Source of the DNA: Eledone cirrhosa
Lineage: Eukaryota
Length of the DNA stretch: 64,000 nucleotides
Direction: 5' to 3'
Assembly: GCA_964016885.1 (NCBI GenBank)
Contig: OZ024741.1
Location: 132,370,001 to 132,434,000 of the forward strand
In this document: positions 1 through 15,400 of the stretch, in pieces
How the letters are laid out: each line of letters begins with the position of its first letter
Position numbering within the stretch: position 1 is the first letter of the stretch
Position numbers and translations under genes: made by a program
The notes under the pieces: model-generated
What the model was told of the DNA's origin: nothing
The model's database searches: none
What the model saw: the letters and a program-made list of their open reading frames with translations, nothing else

Positions 1-3000
1 AGCCGCACTGAGGCTATGGACTGACGTCTTTTTACTGATAATTCAATTAAACAAGCCACACTGAGGCTATGGTCTGACGTCTTTTCACTAGATAATTCAG
101 TTAAACAAGCCACACTGAGGATATGATCTGACGTCTTTTCACTAGATAATTCAGTTAAACAAGCCAAACTGCGGCTATGGACTGACGTCTTTTTACTAGA
201 TAATTCAGTTAAACAAGCCACACCGAGGCTATGGACTGACGTCTTTTTACTAGAAAATTCAGTTAAACAAGCCACACTGAGGCTATGGACCGGCGTCTTT
301 TTACTAGATAATTCAGTTAAACAAGCCACACTGAGGCTATGGTCTGACGTCTTTTCACTAGATAATTCAGTTAAACAAGCCACACTGAGGCTATGGACTG
401 ACGTCTTTTTACTAGATAATTCAGTTAAACAAGCCACACTGAGGCTATGGTCTGACGTCTTTTCACTAGATAATTCAGTTAAACAAGCCACACTGAGGCT
501 ATGGACTGACGTCTTTTTACTAGATAATTCAGTTAAACAAGCCACACTGAGGCTATGGTCTGACGTCTTTTCACTAGATAATTCAGTTAAACAAGCCACA
601 CTGAGGCTATGGACTGACGTCTTTTTACTAGATAATTCAGTTAAACAAGCCACACTGAGGCTATGGACTGACGTCTTTTTACTAGATAATTCAGTTGAAC
701 AAGCCACACTGAGGCTATGGACTGGCGTCTTTTTACTAGATAATTCAGTTAAACAAGCCGCACCGAGGCTATGGACTGACGTCTTTTTACTAGATAATTC
801 AGTTGAACAAGCCACACTGAGGCTATGGACTGGCGTCTTTTTACTAGATAATTCAGTTAAACAAGCCGCACCGAGGCTATGGACTGACGTCTTTTTACTA
901 GATAATTCAGTTAAACAAGCCACACTGAGGCTATGGTCTGAGGTCTTTTCACTAGATAATTCAGTTAAACAAGCCACACTGAGGCTATGGACTGACGTCT
1001 TTTCACTAGATAATTCAGTTAAACAAGCCAAACTGCGGCTATGGACTGACGTCTTTTTACTAGATAATTCAGTTAAACAAGCCACACCGAGGCTATGGAC
1101 TGACGTCTTTTTACTAGAAAATTCAGTTAAACAAGCCACACTGAGGCTATGGACTGGCGTCTTTTTACTAGATAATTCAGTTAAACAAGCCACACTGAGG
1201 CTATGGTCTGCCGTCTTTTCACTAGATAATTCAGTTAAACAAGCCACACTGAGGCTATGGACTGACGTCTTTTTACTAGATAATTCAGTTAAACAAGCCA
1301 CACTGAGGCTATGGTCTGACGTCTTTTCACTAGATAATTCAGTTAAACAAGCCGCACCGAGGCTATGGACTGACGTCTTTTCACTAGATAATTCAGTTAA
1401 ACAAGCCGCACTGAGGCTATGGACTGACGTCTTTTTACTGATAATTCAATTAAACAAGCCACACTGAGGCTATGGTCTGACGTCTTTTCACTAGATAATT
1501 CAGTTAAACAAGCCACACTGAGGATATGATCTGACGTCTTTTCACTAGATAATTCAGTTAAACAAGCCAAACTGCGGCTATGGACTGACGTCTTTTTACT
1601 AGATAATTCAGTTAAACAAGCCACACCGAGGCTATGGACTGACGTCTTTTTACTAGAAAATTCAGTTAAACAAGCCACACTGAGGCTATGGACCGGCGTC
1701 TTTTTACTAGATAATTCAGTTAAACAAGCCACACTGAGGCTATGGTCTGACGTCTTTTCACTAGATAATTCAGTTAAACAAGCCACACTGAGGCTATGGA
1801 CTGACGTCTTTTTACTAGATAATTCAGTTAAACAAGCCACACTGAGGCTATGGTCTGACGTCTTTTCACTAGATAATTCAGTTAAACAAGCCACACTGAG
1901 GCTATGGACTGACGTCTTTTTACTAGATAATTCAGTTAAACAAGCCACACTGAGGCTATGGTCTGACGTCTTTTCACTAGATAATTCAGTTAAACAAGCC
2001 ACACTGAGGCTATGGACTGACGTCTTTTTACTAGATAATTCAGTTAAACAAGCCACACTGAGGCTATGGACTGACGTCTTTTTACTAGATAATTCAGTTG
2101 AACAAGCCACACTGAGGCTATGGACTGGCGTCTTTTTACTAGATAATTCAGTTAAACAAGCCGCACCGAGGCTATGGACTGACGTCTTTTTACTAGATAA
2201 TTCAGTTGAACAAGCCACACTGAGGCTATGGACTGGCGTCTTTTTACTAGATAATTCAGTTAAACAAGCCGCACCGAGGCTATGGACTGACGTCTTTTTA
2301 CTAGATAATTCAGTTAAACAAGCCACACTGAGGCTATGGACTGACGTCTTTTTACTAGATAATTCAGTTAAACAAGCCACACTGAGGCTATGGTCTGACG
2401 TCTTTTCACTAGATAATTCAGTTAAACAAGCCACACTGAGGCTATGGACTGACGTCTTTTTACTAGATAATTCAGTTAAACAAGCCACACTGAGGCTATG
2501 GACTGACGTCTTTTTACTAGATAATTCAGTTAAACAAGCCACACTGAGGCTATGGTCTGACGTCTTTTCACTAGATAATTCAGTTAAACAAGCCACACTG
2601 AGGCTATGGACTGACGTCTTTTTACTAGATAATTCAGTTAAACAAGCCACACTGAGGCTATGGACTGACGTCTTTTTACTAGATAATTCAGTTAAACAAG
2701 CCACACTGAGGCTATGGTCTGACGTCTTTTCACTAGATAATTCAGTTAAACAAGCCACACTGAGGCTATGGACTGACGTCTTTTTACTAGATAATTCAGT
2801 TAAACAAGCCACACTGAGGCTATGGTCTGACGTCTTTTCACTAGATAATTCAGTTAAACAAGCCACACTGAGGCTATGGACTGACGTCTTTTTACTAGAT
2901 AATTCAGTTAAACAAGCCACACTGAGGCTATGTTCTGACGTCTTTTCACTAGATAATTCAGTTAAACAAGCCACACTGAGGCTATGGACTGACGTCTTTT

Positions 3001-6000
3001 TACTAGATAATTCAGTTAAACAAGCCACACTGAGGCTATGGTCTGACGTCTTTTCACTAGATAATTCAGTTAAACAAGCCGCACCGAGGCTATGGACTGA
3101 CGTCTTTTCACTAGATAATTCAGTTAAACAAGCCGCACTGAGGCTATGGACTGACGTCTTTTTACTGATAATTCAATTAAACAAGCCACACTGAGGCTAT
3201 GGTCTGACGTCTTTTCACTAGATAATTCAGTTAAACAAGCCACACTGAGGATATGATCTGACGTCTTTTCACTAGATAATTCAGTTAAACAAGCCAAACT
3301 GCGGCTATGGACTGACGTCTTTTTACTAGATAATTCAGTTAAACAAGCCACACCGAGGCTATGGACTGACGTCTTTTTACTAGAAAATTCAGTTAAACAA
3401 GCCACACTGAGGCTATGGACCGGCGTCTTTTTACTAGATAATTCAGTTAAACAAGCCACACTGAGGCTATGGTCTGACGTCTTTTCACTAGATAATTCAG
3501 TTAAACAAGCCACACTGAGGCTATGGACTGACGTCTTTTTACTAGATAATTCAGTTAAACAAGCCACACTGAGGCTATGGTCTGACGTCTTTTCACTAGA
3601 TAATTCAGTTAAACAAGCCACACTGAGGCTATGGACTGACGTCTTTTTACTAGATAATTCAGTTAAACAAGCCACACTGAGGCTATGGTCTGACGTCTTT
3701 TCACTAGATAATTCAGTTAAACAAGCCACACTGAGGCTATGGACTGACGTCTTTTTACTAGATAATTCAGTTAAACAAGCCACACTGAGGCTATGGACTG
3801 ACGTCTTTTTACTAGATAATTCAGTTGAACAAGCCACACTGAGGCTATGGACTGGCGTCTTTTTACTAGATAATTCAGTTAAACAAGCCGCACCGAGGCT
3901 ATGGACTGACGTCTTTTTACTAGATAATTCAGTTGAACAAGCCACACTGAGGCTATGGACTGGCGTCTTTTTACTAGATAATTCAGTTAAACAAGCCGCA
4001 CCGAGGCTATGGACTGACGTCTTTTTACTAGATAATTCAGTTAAACAAGCCACACTGAGGCTATGGACTGACGTCTTTTTACTAGATAATTCAGTTAAAC
4101 AAGCCACACTGAGGCTATGGTCTGACGTCTTTTCACTAGATAATTCAGTTAAACAAGCCACACTGAGGCTATGGACTGACGTCTTTTTACTAGATAATTC
4201 AGTTAAACAAGCCACACTGAGGCTATGGACTGACGTCTTTTTACTAGATAATTCAGTTAAACAAGCCACACTGAGGCTATGGTCTGACGTCTTTTCACTA
4301 GATAATTCAGTTAAACAAGCCACACTGAGGCTATGGACTGACGTCTTTTTACTAGATAATTCAGTTAAACAAGCCACACTGAGGCTATGGACTGACGTCT
4401 TTTTACTAGATAATTCAGTTAAACAAGCCACACTGAGGCTATGGTCTGACGTCTTTTCACTAGATAATTCAGTTAAACAAGCCACACTGAGGCTATGGAC
4501 TGACGTCTTTTTACTAGATAATTCAGTTAAACAAGCCACACTGAGGCTATGGTCTGACGTCTTTTCACTAGATAATTCAGTTAAACAAGCCACACTGAGG
4601 CTATGGACTGACGTCTTTTTACTAGATAATTCAGTTAAACAAGCCACACTGAGGCTATGTTCTGACGTCTTTTCACTAGATAATTCAGTTAAACAAGCCA
4701 CACTGAGGCTATGGACTGACGTCTTTTTACTAGATAATTCGGTAAAACAAGCCGCACTGAGGCTATGGACTGACGTCTTTTTACTAGATAATTCAGTTAA
4801 ACAAGCCACACTGAGGCTATGGTCTGACGTCTTTTCACTAGATAATTCAGTTAAACAAGCCACACTGAGGCTATGGACTGACGTCTTTTTACTAGATAAT
4901 TCAGTTAAACAAGCCACACTGAGGCTATGGTCTGACGTCTTTTCACTAGATAATTCAGTTAAACAAGCCACACTGAGGCTATGGACTGACGTCTTTTTAC
5001 TAGATAATTCAGTTAAACAAGCCACACTGAGGCTATGGTCTGACGTCTTTTCACTAGATAATTCAGTTAAACAAGCCACACTGAGGCTATGGACTGACGT
5101 CTTTTTACTAGATAATTCAGTTAAACAAGCCACACTGAGGCTATGGACTGACGTCTTTTTACTAGATAATTCAGTTGAACAAGCCACACTGAGGCTATGG
5201 ACTGGCGTCTTTTTACTAGATAATTCAGTTAAAGAAGCCGCACCGAGGCTATGGACTGACGTCTTTTTACTAGATAATTCAGTTGAACAAGCCACACTGA
5301 GGCTATGGACTGGCGTCTTTTTACTAGATAATTCAGTTAAACAAGCCGCACCGAGGCTATGGACTGACGTCTTTTTACTAGATAATTCAGTTGAACAAGC
5401 CACACTGAGGCTATGGACTGGCGTCTTTTTACTAGATAATTCAGTTAAACAAGCCACACTGAGGCTATGTTCTGACGTCTTTTCACTAGATAATTCAGTT
5501 AAACAAGCCACACTGAGGCTATGGACTGACGTCTTTTTACTAGATAATTCAGTAAAACAAGCCGCACTGAGGCTATGGACTGACGTCTTTTTACTAGATA
5601 ATTCAGTTAAACAAGCCACACTGAGGCTATGGTCTGACGTCTTTTCACTAGATAATTCAGTTAAACAAGCCACACTGAGGCTATGGACTGACGTCTTTTT
5701 ACTAGATAATTCAGTTAAACAGCCACACTGAGGCTATGGTCTGACGTCTTTTTACTAGATAATTCAGTTAAACAAGCCACACTGAAGCTATGGTCTGACG
5801 TCTTTTTACTACATAATTCAGTTAAACAAGCCACACTGAGGCTATGGACTGACATCTTTTTACTAGATAATTCAGTTAAACAAGCCACACTGAAGCTATG
5901 GTCTGACGTCTTTTTACTAGATAATTCAGTTAAACAAGCCACACTGAGGCTATGGTTTGACGTCTTTTTACTAGATAATTCTGTTAAACAAGCCAGACTG

Positions 6001-9000
6001 AGGCTATGGACTGACGTCTTTTCACTAGATAATTCAGTTAAACAAGCCACACTGAGGCTATGGACTGATGTCTTTTTACTAGATAATTCAGTTAAACAAG
6101 CCGCACTGAGGCTATGGTCTGACGTCTTTTCACTAGATAATTCAGTTAAACAAGCCTCACTGAGGCTATGGACTGACGTCTTTTTACTAGATAATTCAGT
6201 TAAACAAGCCGCACCGAGGCTATGGACTGACGTCTTTTTACTAGATAATTCAGTTAAACAAGCCACACTGAGGCTATGGACTGACGTCTTTTTACAAGAT
6301 AATTCAGTTAAACAAGCCACACTGAGGCTATGGTCTGACGTCTTTTCACTAGATAATTCAGTTAAACAAGCCACACTGAAGCTATGGTCTGACGTCTTTT
6401 CACTAGATAATTCAGTTAAACAAGCCGCACTGAGGCTATGGACTGACGTCTTTTTACTAGATAATTCAGTTAAACAAGCCACACTGAGGCTATGGTCTGA
6501 CGTCTTTTCACTAGATAATTCAATTAAACAAGCCACACTGAGGCTATGGTCTGACGTCTTTTCACTAGATAATTCAGTTAAACAAGCCACACTGAGGCTA
6601 TGGACTGACGTCTTTTTACTAGAATATTCAGTTAAACAAGCCACACTGAGGCTATGGTCTGACGTCTTTTCACTAGATAATTCAATTAAACAAGCCACAC
6701 TGAGGCTATGGACTGACGTCTTTTTACTAGATAATTCAGTTAAACAAGCCACACTGAGGCTATGGACTGACGTCTTTTTACTAGATAATTCAATTAAACA
6801 AGCCGCACCGAGGCTATGGACTGACGTCTTTTTACTAGATAATTCAGTTAAACAAGCCACACTGAGGCTATGGACTGGCGTCTTTTTACTAGATAATTCA
6901 GTTAAACAAGCCACACTGAGGCTATGGTCTGACGTCTTTTCACTACATAATTCAGTTAAACAAGCCACACTGAGGCTATGGACTGACATCTTTTTACTAG
7001 ATAACTCAGTTAAACAAGCCACACTGGAGCTATGGTCTGACGTCTTTTTACTAGATAATTCAGTTAAACAAGCCACACTGAGGCTATGGCCTGACGTCTT
7101 TTTACTAGATAATTCAGTTAAACAAGCCACACTGAGGCTATGGACTGACGTCTTTTTACTAGATAATTCAGTTAAACAAGCCAGACTGAGGCTATGGACT
7201 GACGTCTTTTTACTAGATAATTCAGTTAAACAAGCCACACTGGGGCTATGGTCTGACGCCTTTTTACTAGATAATTCAGTTAAACAAGCCAGACTGAGGC
7301 TATGGACTGACGTCTTTTCACTAGATAATTCAGTTAAACAAGCCACACTGAGGCTATGGACTGACGTCTTTTTACTAGATAATTCAGTTAAACAAGCCAC
7401 ACTGAGGCTATGGTCTGACGTCTTTTCACTAGATAATTCAGTTAAACAAGCCGCACTGAGGCTATGGTCTGACGTCTTTTCACTAGATAATTCAGTTAAA
7501 CAAGCCACACTGAGGCTATGGACTGACGTCTTTTTACTAGATAATTCAGTTAAACAAGCCACACTGAGGCTATGGACTGACGTCTTTTCACTAGATAATT
7601 CAGTTAGACAAGCCACACTGAGGATATGATCTGACGTCTTTTCACTAGATAATTCAGTTAAACAAGCCAAACTGCGGCTATGGACTGACGTCTTTTTACT
7701 AGATAATTCAGTTAAACAAGCCACACCGAGGCTATGGACTGACGTCTTTTTACTAGAAAATTCAGTTAAACAAGCCACACTGAGGCTATGGACTGGCGTC
7801 TTTTTACTAGATAATTCAGTTAAACAAGCCACACTGAGGCTATGGTCTGACGTCTTTTTACTAGATAATTCAGTTAAACAAGCCACACTGAGGCTATGGT
7901 CTGACGTCTTTTCACTAGATAATTCAGTTAAACAAGCCACACTGAGGCTATGGACTGACGTCTTTTTACTAGATAAATCAGTTAAACAAGCCACACTGAG
8001 GCTATGGTCTGACGTCTTTTCACTAGATAATTCAGTTAAACAAGCCGCACCGAGGCTATGGACTGACGTCTTTTCACTAGATAATTCAGTTAAACAAGCC
8101 GCACTGAGGCTATGGACTGACGTCTTTTTACTGATAATTCAATTAAACAAGCCACACTGAGGCTATGGTCTGACGTCTTTTCACTAGATAATTCAGTTAA
8201 ACAAGCCACACTGAGGATATGATCTGACGTCTTTTCACTAGATAATTCAGTTAAACAAGCCAAACTGCGGCTATGGACTGACGTCTTTTTACTAGATAAT
8301 TCAGTTAAACAAGCCACACCGAGGCTATGGACTGACGTCTTTTTACTAGAAAATTCAGTTAAACAAGCCACACTGAGGCTATGGACTGGCGTCTTTTTAC
8401 TAGATAATTCAGTTAAACAAGCCACACTGAGGCTATGGTCTGACGTCTTTTCACTAGATAATTCAGTTAAACAAGCCACACTGAGGCTATGGACTGACGT
8501 CTTTTTACTAGATAATTCAGTTAAACAAGCCACACTGAGGCTATGGTCTGACGTCTTTTCACTAGATAATTCAGTTAAACAAGCCACACTGAGGCTATGG
8601 ACTGACGTCTTTTTACTAGATAATTCAGTTAAACAAGCCACACTGAGGCTATGGTCTGACGTCTTTTCACTAGATAATTCAGTTAAACAAGCCACACTGA
8701 GGCTATGGACTGACGTCTTTTTACTAGATAATTCAGTTAAACAAGCCACACTGAGGCTATGGACTGACGTCTTTTTACTAGATAATTCAGTTAAACAAGC
8801 CGCACCGAGGCTATGGACTGACGTCTTTTTACTAGATAATTCAGTTGAACAAGCCACACTGAGGCTATGGACTGGCGTCTTTTTACTAGATAATTCAGTT
8901 AAACAAGCCACACTGAGGCTATGTTCTGACGTCTTTTCACTAGATAATTCAGTTAAACAAGCCACACTGAGGCTATGGACTGACGTCTTTTTACTAGATA

Positions 9001-12000
9001 ATTCAGTAAAACAAGCCGCATTGAGGCTATGGACTGACGTCTTTTTACTAGATAATTCAGTTAAACAAGCCACACTGAGGCTATGGTCTGACGTCTTTTC
9101 ACTAGATAATTCAGTTAAACAAGCCACACTGAGGCTATGGACTGACGTCTTTTTACTAGATAATTCAGTTAAACAGCCACACTGAGGCTATGGTCTGACG
9201 TCTTTTTACTAGATAATTCAGTTAAACAAGCCACACTGAAGCTATGGTCTGACGTCTTTTTACTACATAATTCAGTTAAACAAGCCACACTGAGGCTATG
9301 GACTGACATCTTTTTACTAGATAATTCAGTTAAACAAGCCACACTGAAGCTATGGTCTGACGTCTTTTTACTAGATAATTCAGTTAAACAAGCCACACTG
9401 AGGCTATGGTTTGACGTCTTTTTACTAGATAATTCTGTTAAACAAGCCAGACTGAGGCTATGGACTGACGTCTTTTTACTAGATAATTCAGTTAAACAAG
9501 CCACACTGAGGCTATGGTCTGACGTCTTTTCACTAGATAATTCAGTTAAACAAGCCACACTGAGGCTATGGACTGACGTCTTTTTACTAGATAATTCAGT
9601 TAAACAAGCCACACTGAGGCTATGGACTGACGTCTTTTTACTAGATAATTCAGTTAAACAAGCCGCACCGAGGCTATGGACTGACGTCTTTTTACTAGAT
9701 AATTCAGTTGAACAAGCCACACTGAGGCTATGGACTGGCGTCTTTTTACTAGATAATTCAGTTAAACAAGCCACACTGAGGCTATGTTCTGACGTCTTTT
9801 CACTAGATAATTCAGTTAAACAAGCCACACTGAGGCTATGGACTGACGTCTTTTTACTAGATAATTCAGTAAAACAAGCCGCATTGAGGCTATGGACTGA
9901 CGTCTTTTTACTAGATAATTCAGTTAAACAAGCCACACTGAGGCTATGGTCTGACGTCTTTTCACTAGATAATTCAGTTAAACAAGCCACACTGAGGCTA
10001 TGGACTGACGTCTTTTTACTAGATAATTCAGTTAAACAAGCCACACTGAAGCTATGGTCTGACGTCTTTTTACTACATAATTCAGTTAAACAAGCCACAC
10101 TGAGGCTATGGACTGACATCTTTTTACTAGATAATTCAGTTAAACAAGCCACACTGAAGCTATGGTCTGACGTCTTTTTACTAGATAATTCAGTTAAACA
10201 AGCCACACTGAGGCTATGGTTTGACGTCTTTTTACTAGATAATTCTGTTAAACAAGCCAGACTGAGGCTATGGACTGACGTCTTTTCACTAGATAATTCA
10301 GTTAGACAAGCCACACTGAGGCTATGGACTGACGTCTTTTTACTAGATAATTCAGTTAAACAAGCCGTACTGAGGCTATGGTCTGACGTCTTTTCACTAA
10401 ATAATTCAGTTAAACAAGCCTCACTGAGGCTATGGACTGACGTCTTTTTACTAGATAATTCAGTTAAACAAGCCGCACCGAGGCTATGGACTGACGTCTT
10501 TTTACTAGATAATTCAGTTAAACAAGCCACACTGAGGCTATGGACTGACGTCTTTTTACTAGATAATTCAGTTAAACAAGCCACACTGAGGCTATGGTCT
10601 GACGTCTTTTCACTAGATAATTCAGTTAAACAAGCCACACTGAAGCTATGGTCTGACGTCTTTTCACTAGATAATTCAGTTAAACAAGCCGCACTGAGGC
10701 TATGGACTGACGTCTTTTTACTAGATAATTCAGTTAAACAAGCCACACTGAGGCTATGGTCTGACGTCTTTTCACTAGATAATTCAATTAAACAAGCCAC
10801 ACTGAGGCTATGGTCTGACGTCTTTTCACTAGATAATTCAGTTAAACAAGCCACACTGAGGCTATGGACTGACGTCTTTTTACTAGAATATTCAGTTAAA
10901 CAAGCCACACTGAGGCTATGGTCTGACGTCTTTTCACTAGATAATTCAATTAAACAAGCCACACTGAGGCTATGGACTGACGTCTTTTTACTAGATAATT
11001 CAGTTAAACAAGCCACACTGAGGCTATGGACTGACGTCTTTTTACTAGATAATTCAGTTAAACAAGCCGCACCGAGGCTATGGACTGACGTCTTTTTACT
11101 AGATAATTCAGTTAAACAAGCCACACTGAGGCTATGGACTGGCGTCTTTTTACTAGATAATTCAGTTAAACAAGCCACACTGAGGCTATGGTCTGACGTC
11201 TTTTCACTACATAATTCAGTTAAACAAGCCACACTGAGGCTATGGACTGACATCTTTTTACTAGATAACTCAGTTAAACAAGCCACACTGGAGCTATGGT
11301 CTGACGTCTTTTTACTAGATAATTCAGTTAAACAAGCCATACTGAGGCTATGGCCTGACGTCTTTTTGCTAGATAATTCAGTTAAACAAGCCACACTGAG
11401 GCTATGGACTGACGTCTTTTTACTAGATAATTCAGTTAAACAAGCCAGACTGAGGCTATGGACTGACGTCTTTTTACTAGATAATTCAGTTAAACAAGCC
11501 ACACTGGGGCTATGGTCTGACGCCTTTTTACTAGATAATTCAGTTAAACAAGCCAGACTGAGGCTATGGACTGACGTCTTTTCACTAGATAATTCAGTTA
11601 AACAAGCCACACTGAGGCTATGGACTGACGTCTTTTTACTAGATAATTCAGTTAAACAAGCCACACTGAGGCTATGGTCTGACGTCTTTTCACTAGATAA
11701 TTCAGTTAAACAAGCCACACTGAGGCGATGGACTGACGTCTTTTTACTAGATAATTCAGTTAAACAAGCCGCTCTGAGGCTATGGTCTGACGTCTTTTCA
11801 CTAGATAATTCAGTTAAACAAGCCACACTGAGGCTATGGACTGACGTCTTTTTACTAGATAATTCAGTTAAACAAGCCGCACTGAGGCTATGGTCTGACG
11901 TCTTTTCACTAGATAATTCAGTTAAACAAGCCACACTGAGGCGATGGACTGACGTCTTTTTACTAGATAATTCAGTTAAACAAGCCACACTGAGGCTATG

Positions 12001-15000
12001 GTCTGACGTCTTTTCACTAGATAATTCAGATAAACAAGCCACACTGAGGCTATGGACTGACGTCTTTTTACTAGATAATTCAGTTAAACAAGCCACAATG
12101 AGGCTATGGTCTGACGTCTTTTCACTAGATAATTCAGTTAAACAAGCCACACTGAGGCTATGGACTGACGTCTTTTTACTAGATAATTCAGTTAAACAAG
12201 CCTCATTGAGGCTATGGTCTGACGTCTTTTCACTAGATAATTCTGTTAAACAAGCCGCACTGAGGCTATGGACTGACGTCTTTTTACTGATAATTCAATT
12301 AAACAAGCCACACTGAGGCTATGGTTTGACGTCTTTTTACTAGATAATTCAGTTAAACAAGCCACACTCAGGCTATGTTCTGACGTCTTTTCACTAGATA
12401 ATTCAGTTAAACAAGCCACACTGAGGCTATGGACTGACGTCTTTTTACTAGATAATTCAGTAAAACAAGCCGCATTGAGGCTATGGACTGACGTCTTTTT
12501 ACTAGATAATTCAGTTAAACAAGCCACACTGAGGCTATGGTCTGACGTCTTTTTACTAGATAATTCAGTTAAACAAGCCACACTGAGGCTATGGTTTGAC
12601 GTCTTTTTACTAGATAATTCTGTTAAACAAGCCAGACTGAGGCTATGGACTGACGTCTTTTCACTAGATAATTCAGTTAGACAAGCCACACTGAGGCTAT
12701 GGACTGACGTCTTTTTACTAGATAATTCAGTTAAACAAGCCGCACTGAGGCTATGGTCTGACGTCTTTTCACTAAATAATTCAGTTAAACAAGCCTCACT
12801 GAGGCTATGGACTGACGTCTTTTTACTAGATAATTCAGTTAAACAAGCCGCACCGAGGCTATGGACTGACGTCTTTTTACTAGATAATTCAGTTAAACAA
12901 GCCACACTGAGGCTATGGACTGACGTCTTTTTACTAGATAATTCAGTTAAACAAGCCACACTGAGGCTTTGGTCTGACGTCTTTTCACTAGATAATTCAG
13001 TTAAACAAGCCACACTGAAGCTATGGTCTGACGTCTTTTCACTAGATAATTCAGTTAAACAAGCCGCACTGAGGCTATGGACTGACGTCTTTTTACTAGA
13101 TAATTCAGTTAAACAAGCCACACTGAGGCTATGGTCTGACGTCTTTTCACTAGATAATTCAATTAAACAAGCCACACTGAGGCTATGGTCTGACGTCTTT
13201 TCACTAGATAATTCAGTTAAACAAGCCACACTGAGGCTATGGACTGACGTCTTTTTACTAGAATATTCAGTTAAACAAGCCACACTGAGGCTATGGTCTG
13301 ACGTCTTTTCACTAGATAATTCAATTAAACAAGCCACACTGAGGCTATGGACTGACGTCTTTTTACTAGATAATTCAGTTAAACAAGCCACACTGAGGCT
13401 ATGGACTGACGTCTTTTTACTAGATAATTCAGTTAAACAAGCCGCACCGAGGCTATGGACTGACGTCTTTTTACTAGATAATTCAGTTAAACAAGCCACA
13501 CTGAGGCTATGGACTGGCGTCTTTTTACTAGATAATTCAGTTAAACAAGCCACACTGAGGCTATGGTCTGACGTCTTTTCACTACATAATTCAGTTAAAC
13601 AAGCCACACTGAGGCTATGGACTGACATCTTTTTACAAGTTAACTCAGTTAAACAAGCCACACTGGAGCTATGGTCTGACGTCTTTTTACTAGATAATTC
13701 AGTTAAACAAGCCATACTGAGGCTATGGCCTGACGTCTTTTTGCTAGATAATTCAGTTAAACAAGCCACACTGAGGCTATGGACTGACGTCTTTTTACTA
13801 GATAATTCAGTTAAACAAGCCAGACTGAGGCTATGGACTGACGTCTTTTTACTAGATAATTCAGTTAAACAAGCCACACTGGGGCTATGGTCTGACGCCT
13901 TTTTACTAGATAATTCAGTTAAACAAGCCAGACTGAGGCTATGGACTGACGTCTTTTCACTAGATAATTCAGTTAAACAAGCCACACTGAGGCTATGGAC
14001 TGACGTCTTTTTACTAGATAATTCAGTTAAACAAGCCACACTGAGGCTATGGTCTGACGTCTTTTCACTAGATAATTCAGTTAAACAAGCCACACTGAGG
14101 CGATGGACTGACGTCTTTTTACTAGATAATTCAGTTAAACAAGCCGCTCTGAGGCTATGGTCTGACGTCTTTTCACTAGATAATTCAGTTAAACAAGCCA
14201 CACTGAGGCTATGGACTGACGTCTTTTTACTAGATAATTCAGTTAAACAAGCCGCACTGAGGCTATGGTCTGACGTCTTTTCACTAGATAATTCAGTTAA
14301 ACAAGCCACACTGAGGCGATGGACTGACGTCTTTTTACTAGATAATTCAGTTAAACAAGCCACACTGAGGCTATGGTCTGACGTCTTTTCACTAGATAAT
14401 TCAGATAAACAAGCCACACTGAGGCTATGGACTGACGTCTTTTTACTAGATAATTCAGTTAAACAAGCCACAATGAGGCTATGGTCTGACGTCTTTTCAC
14501 TAGATAATTCAGTTAAACAAGCCACACTGAGGCTATGGACTGACGTCTTTTTACTAGATAATTCAGTTAAACAAGCCTCATTGAGGCTATGGTCTGACGT
14601 CTTTTCACTAGATAATTCTGTTAAACAAGCCGCACTGAGGCTATGGACTGACGTCTTTTTACTGATAATTCAATTAAACAAGCCACACTGAGACTATGGT
14701 CTGACGTCTTTTCACTAGATAATTCAGTTAAACAAGCCACACTGAGGCTATGGTCTGAGGTATTTTCACTAGATAATTCAGTTAAACAAGCCACACTGAG
14801 GCTATGGACTGACGTCTTTTTACTAGATAATTCAGTTAAACAAGCCACACTGAGGCTATGGTCTGACGTCGTCTTTTCACTAGATAATTCAGTTAAACAA
14901 GCCACACTGAGGCTATGGACTGACGTCTTTTTACTAGATAATTCAGTTAAACAAGCCACACTGAGGCTATGGACTGACGTCTTTTTACTAGATAATTCAG

Positions 15001-15400
15001 TTAAACAAGCCGCACCGAGGCTATGGACTGACGTCTTTTTACTAGATAATTCAGTTGAACAAGCCACACTGAGGCTATGGACTGGCGTCTTTTTACTAGA
15101 TAATTCAGTTAAACAAGCCACACTGAGGCTATGGTCTGACGTCTTTTCACTAGATAATTCAGTTAAACAAGCCACACTGAGGCTATGGACTGACGTCTTT
15201 TTACTAGATAATTCAGTAAAACAAGCCGCACTGAGGCTATGGACTGACGTCTTTTTACTAGATAATTCAGTTAAACAAGCCACACTGAGGCTATGGTCTG
15301 ACGTCTTTTCACTAGATAATTCAGTTAAACAAGCCACACTGAGGCTATGGACTGACGTCTTTTTACTAGATAATTCAGTTAAACAGCCACACTGAGGCTA
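1..15400. repeat. Satellite domain A: HOR-like blocks marked by 53-bp deletion monomers
   Basis: A deletion monomer TTTACTGATAATTCAATT occurs at about 34, 1437, 3164, 8130, 12286 and 14661. Spacings of 1403, 1727, 4966, 4156 and 2375 bp equal 26, 32, 92, 77 and 44 monomers less 1-2 bp. A second deletion, AAACAGCC, occurs at about 5717, 9171 and 15381. Other local variants are GTTGAAC, ATGTTCTG, GCCAAACTGCGG and GGATATGATC. Boundary approximate. Confidence 0.8.
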
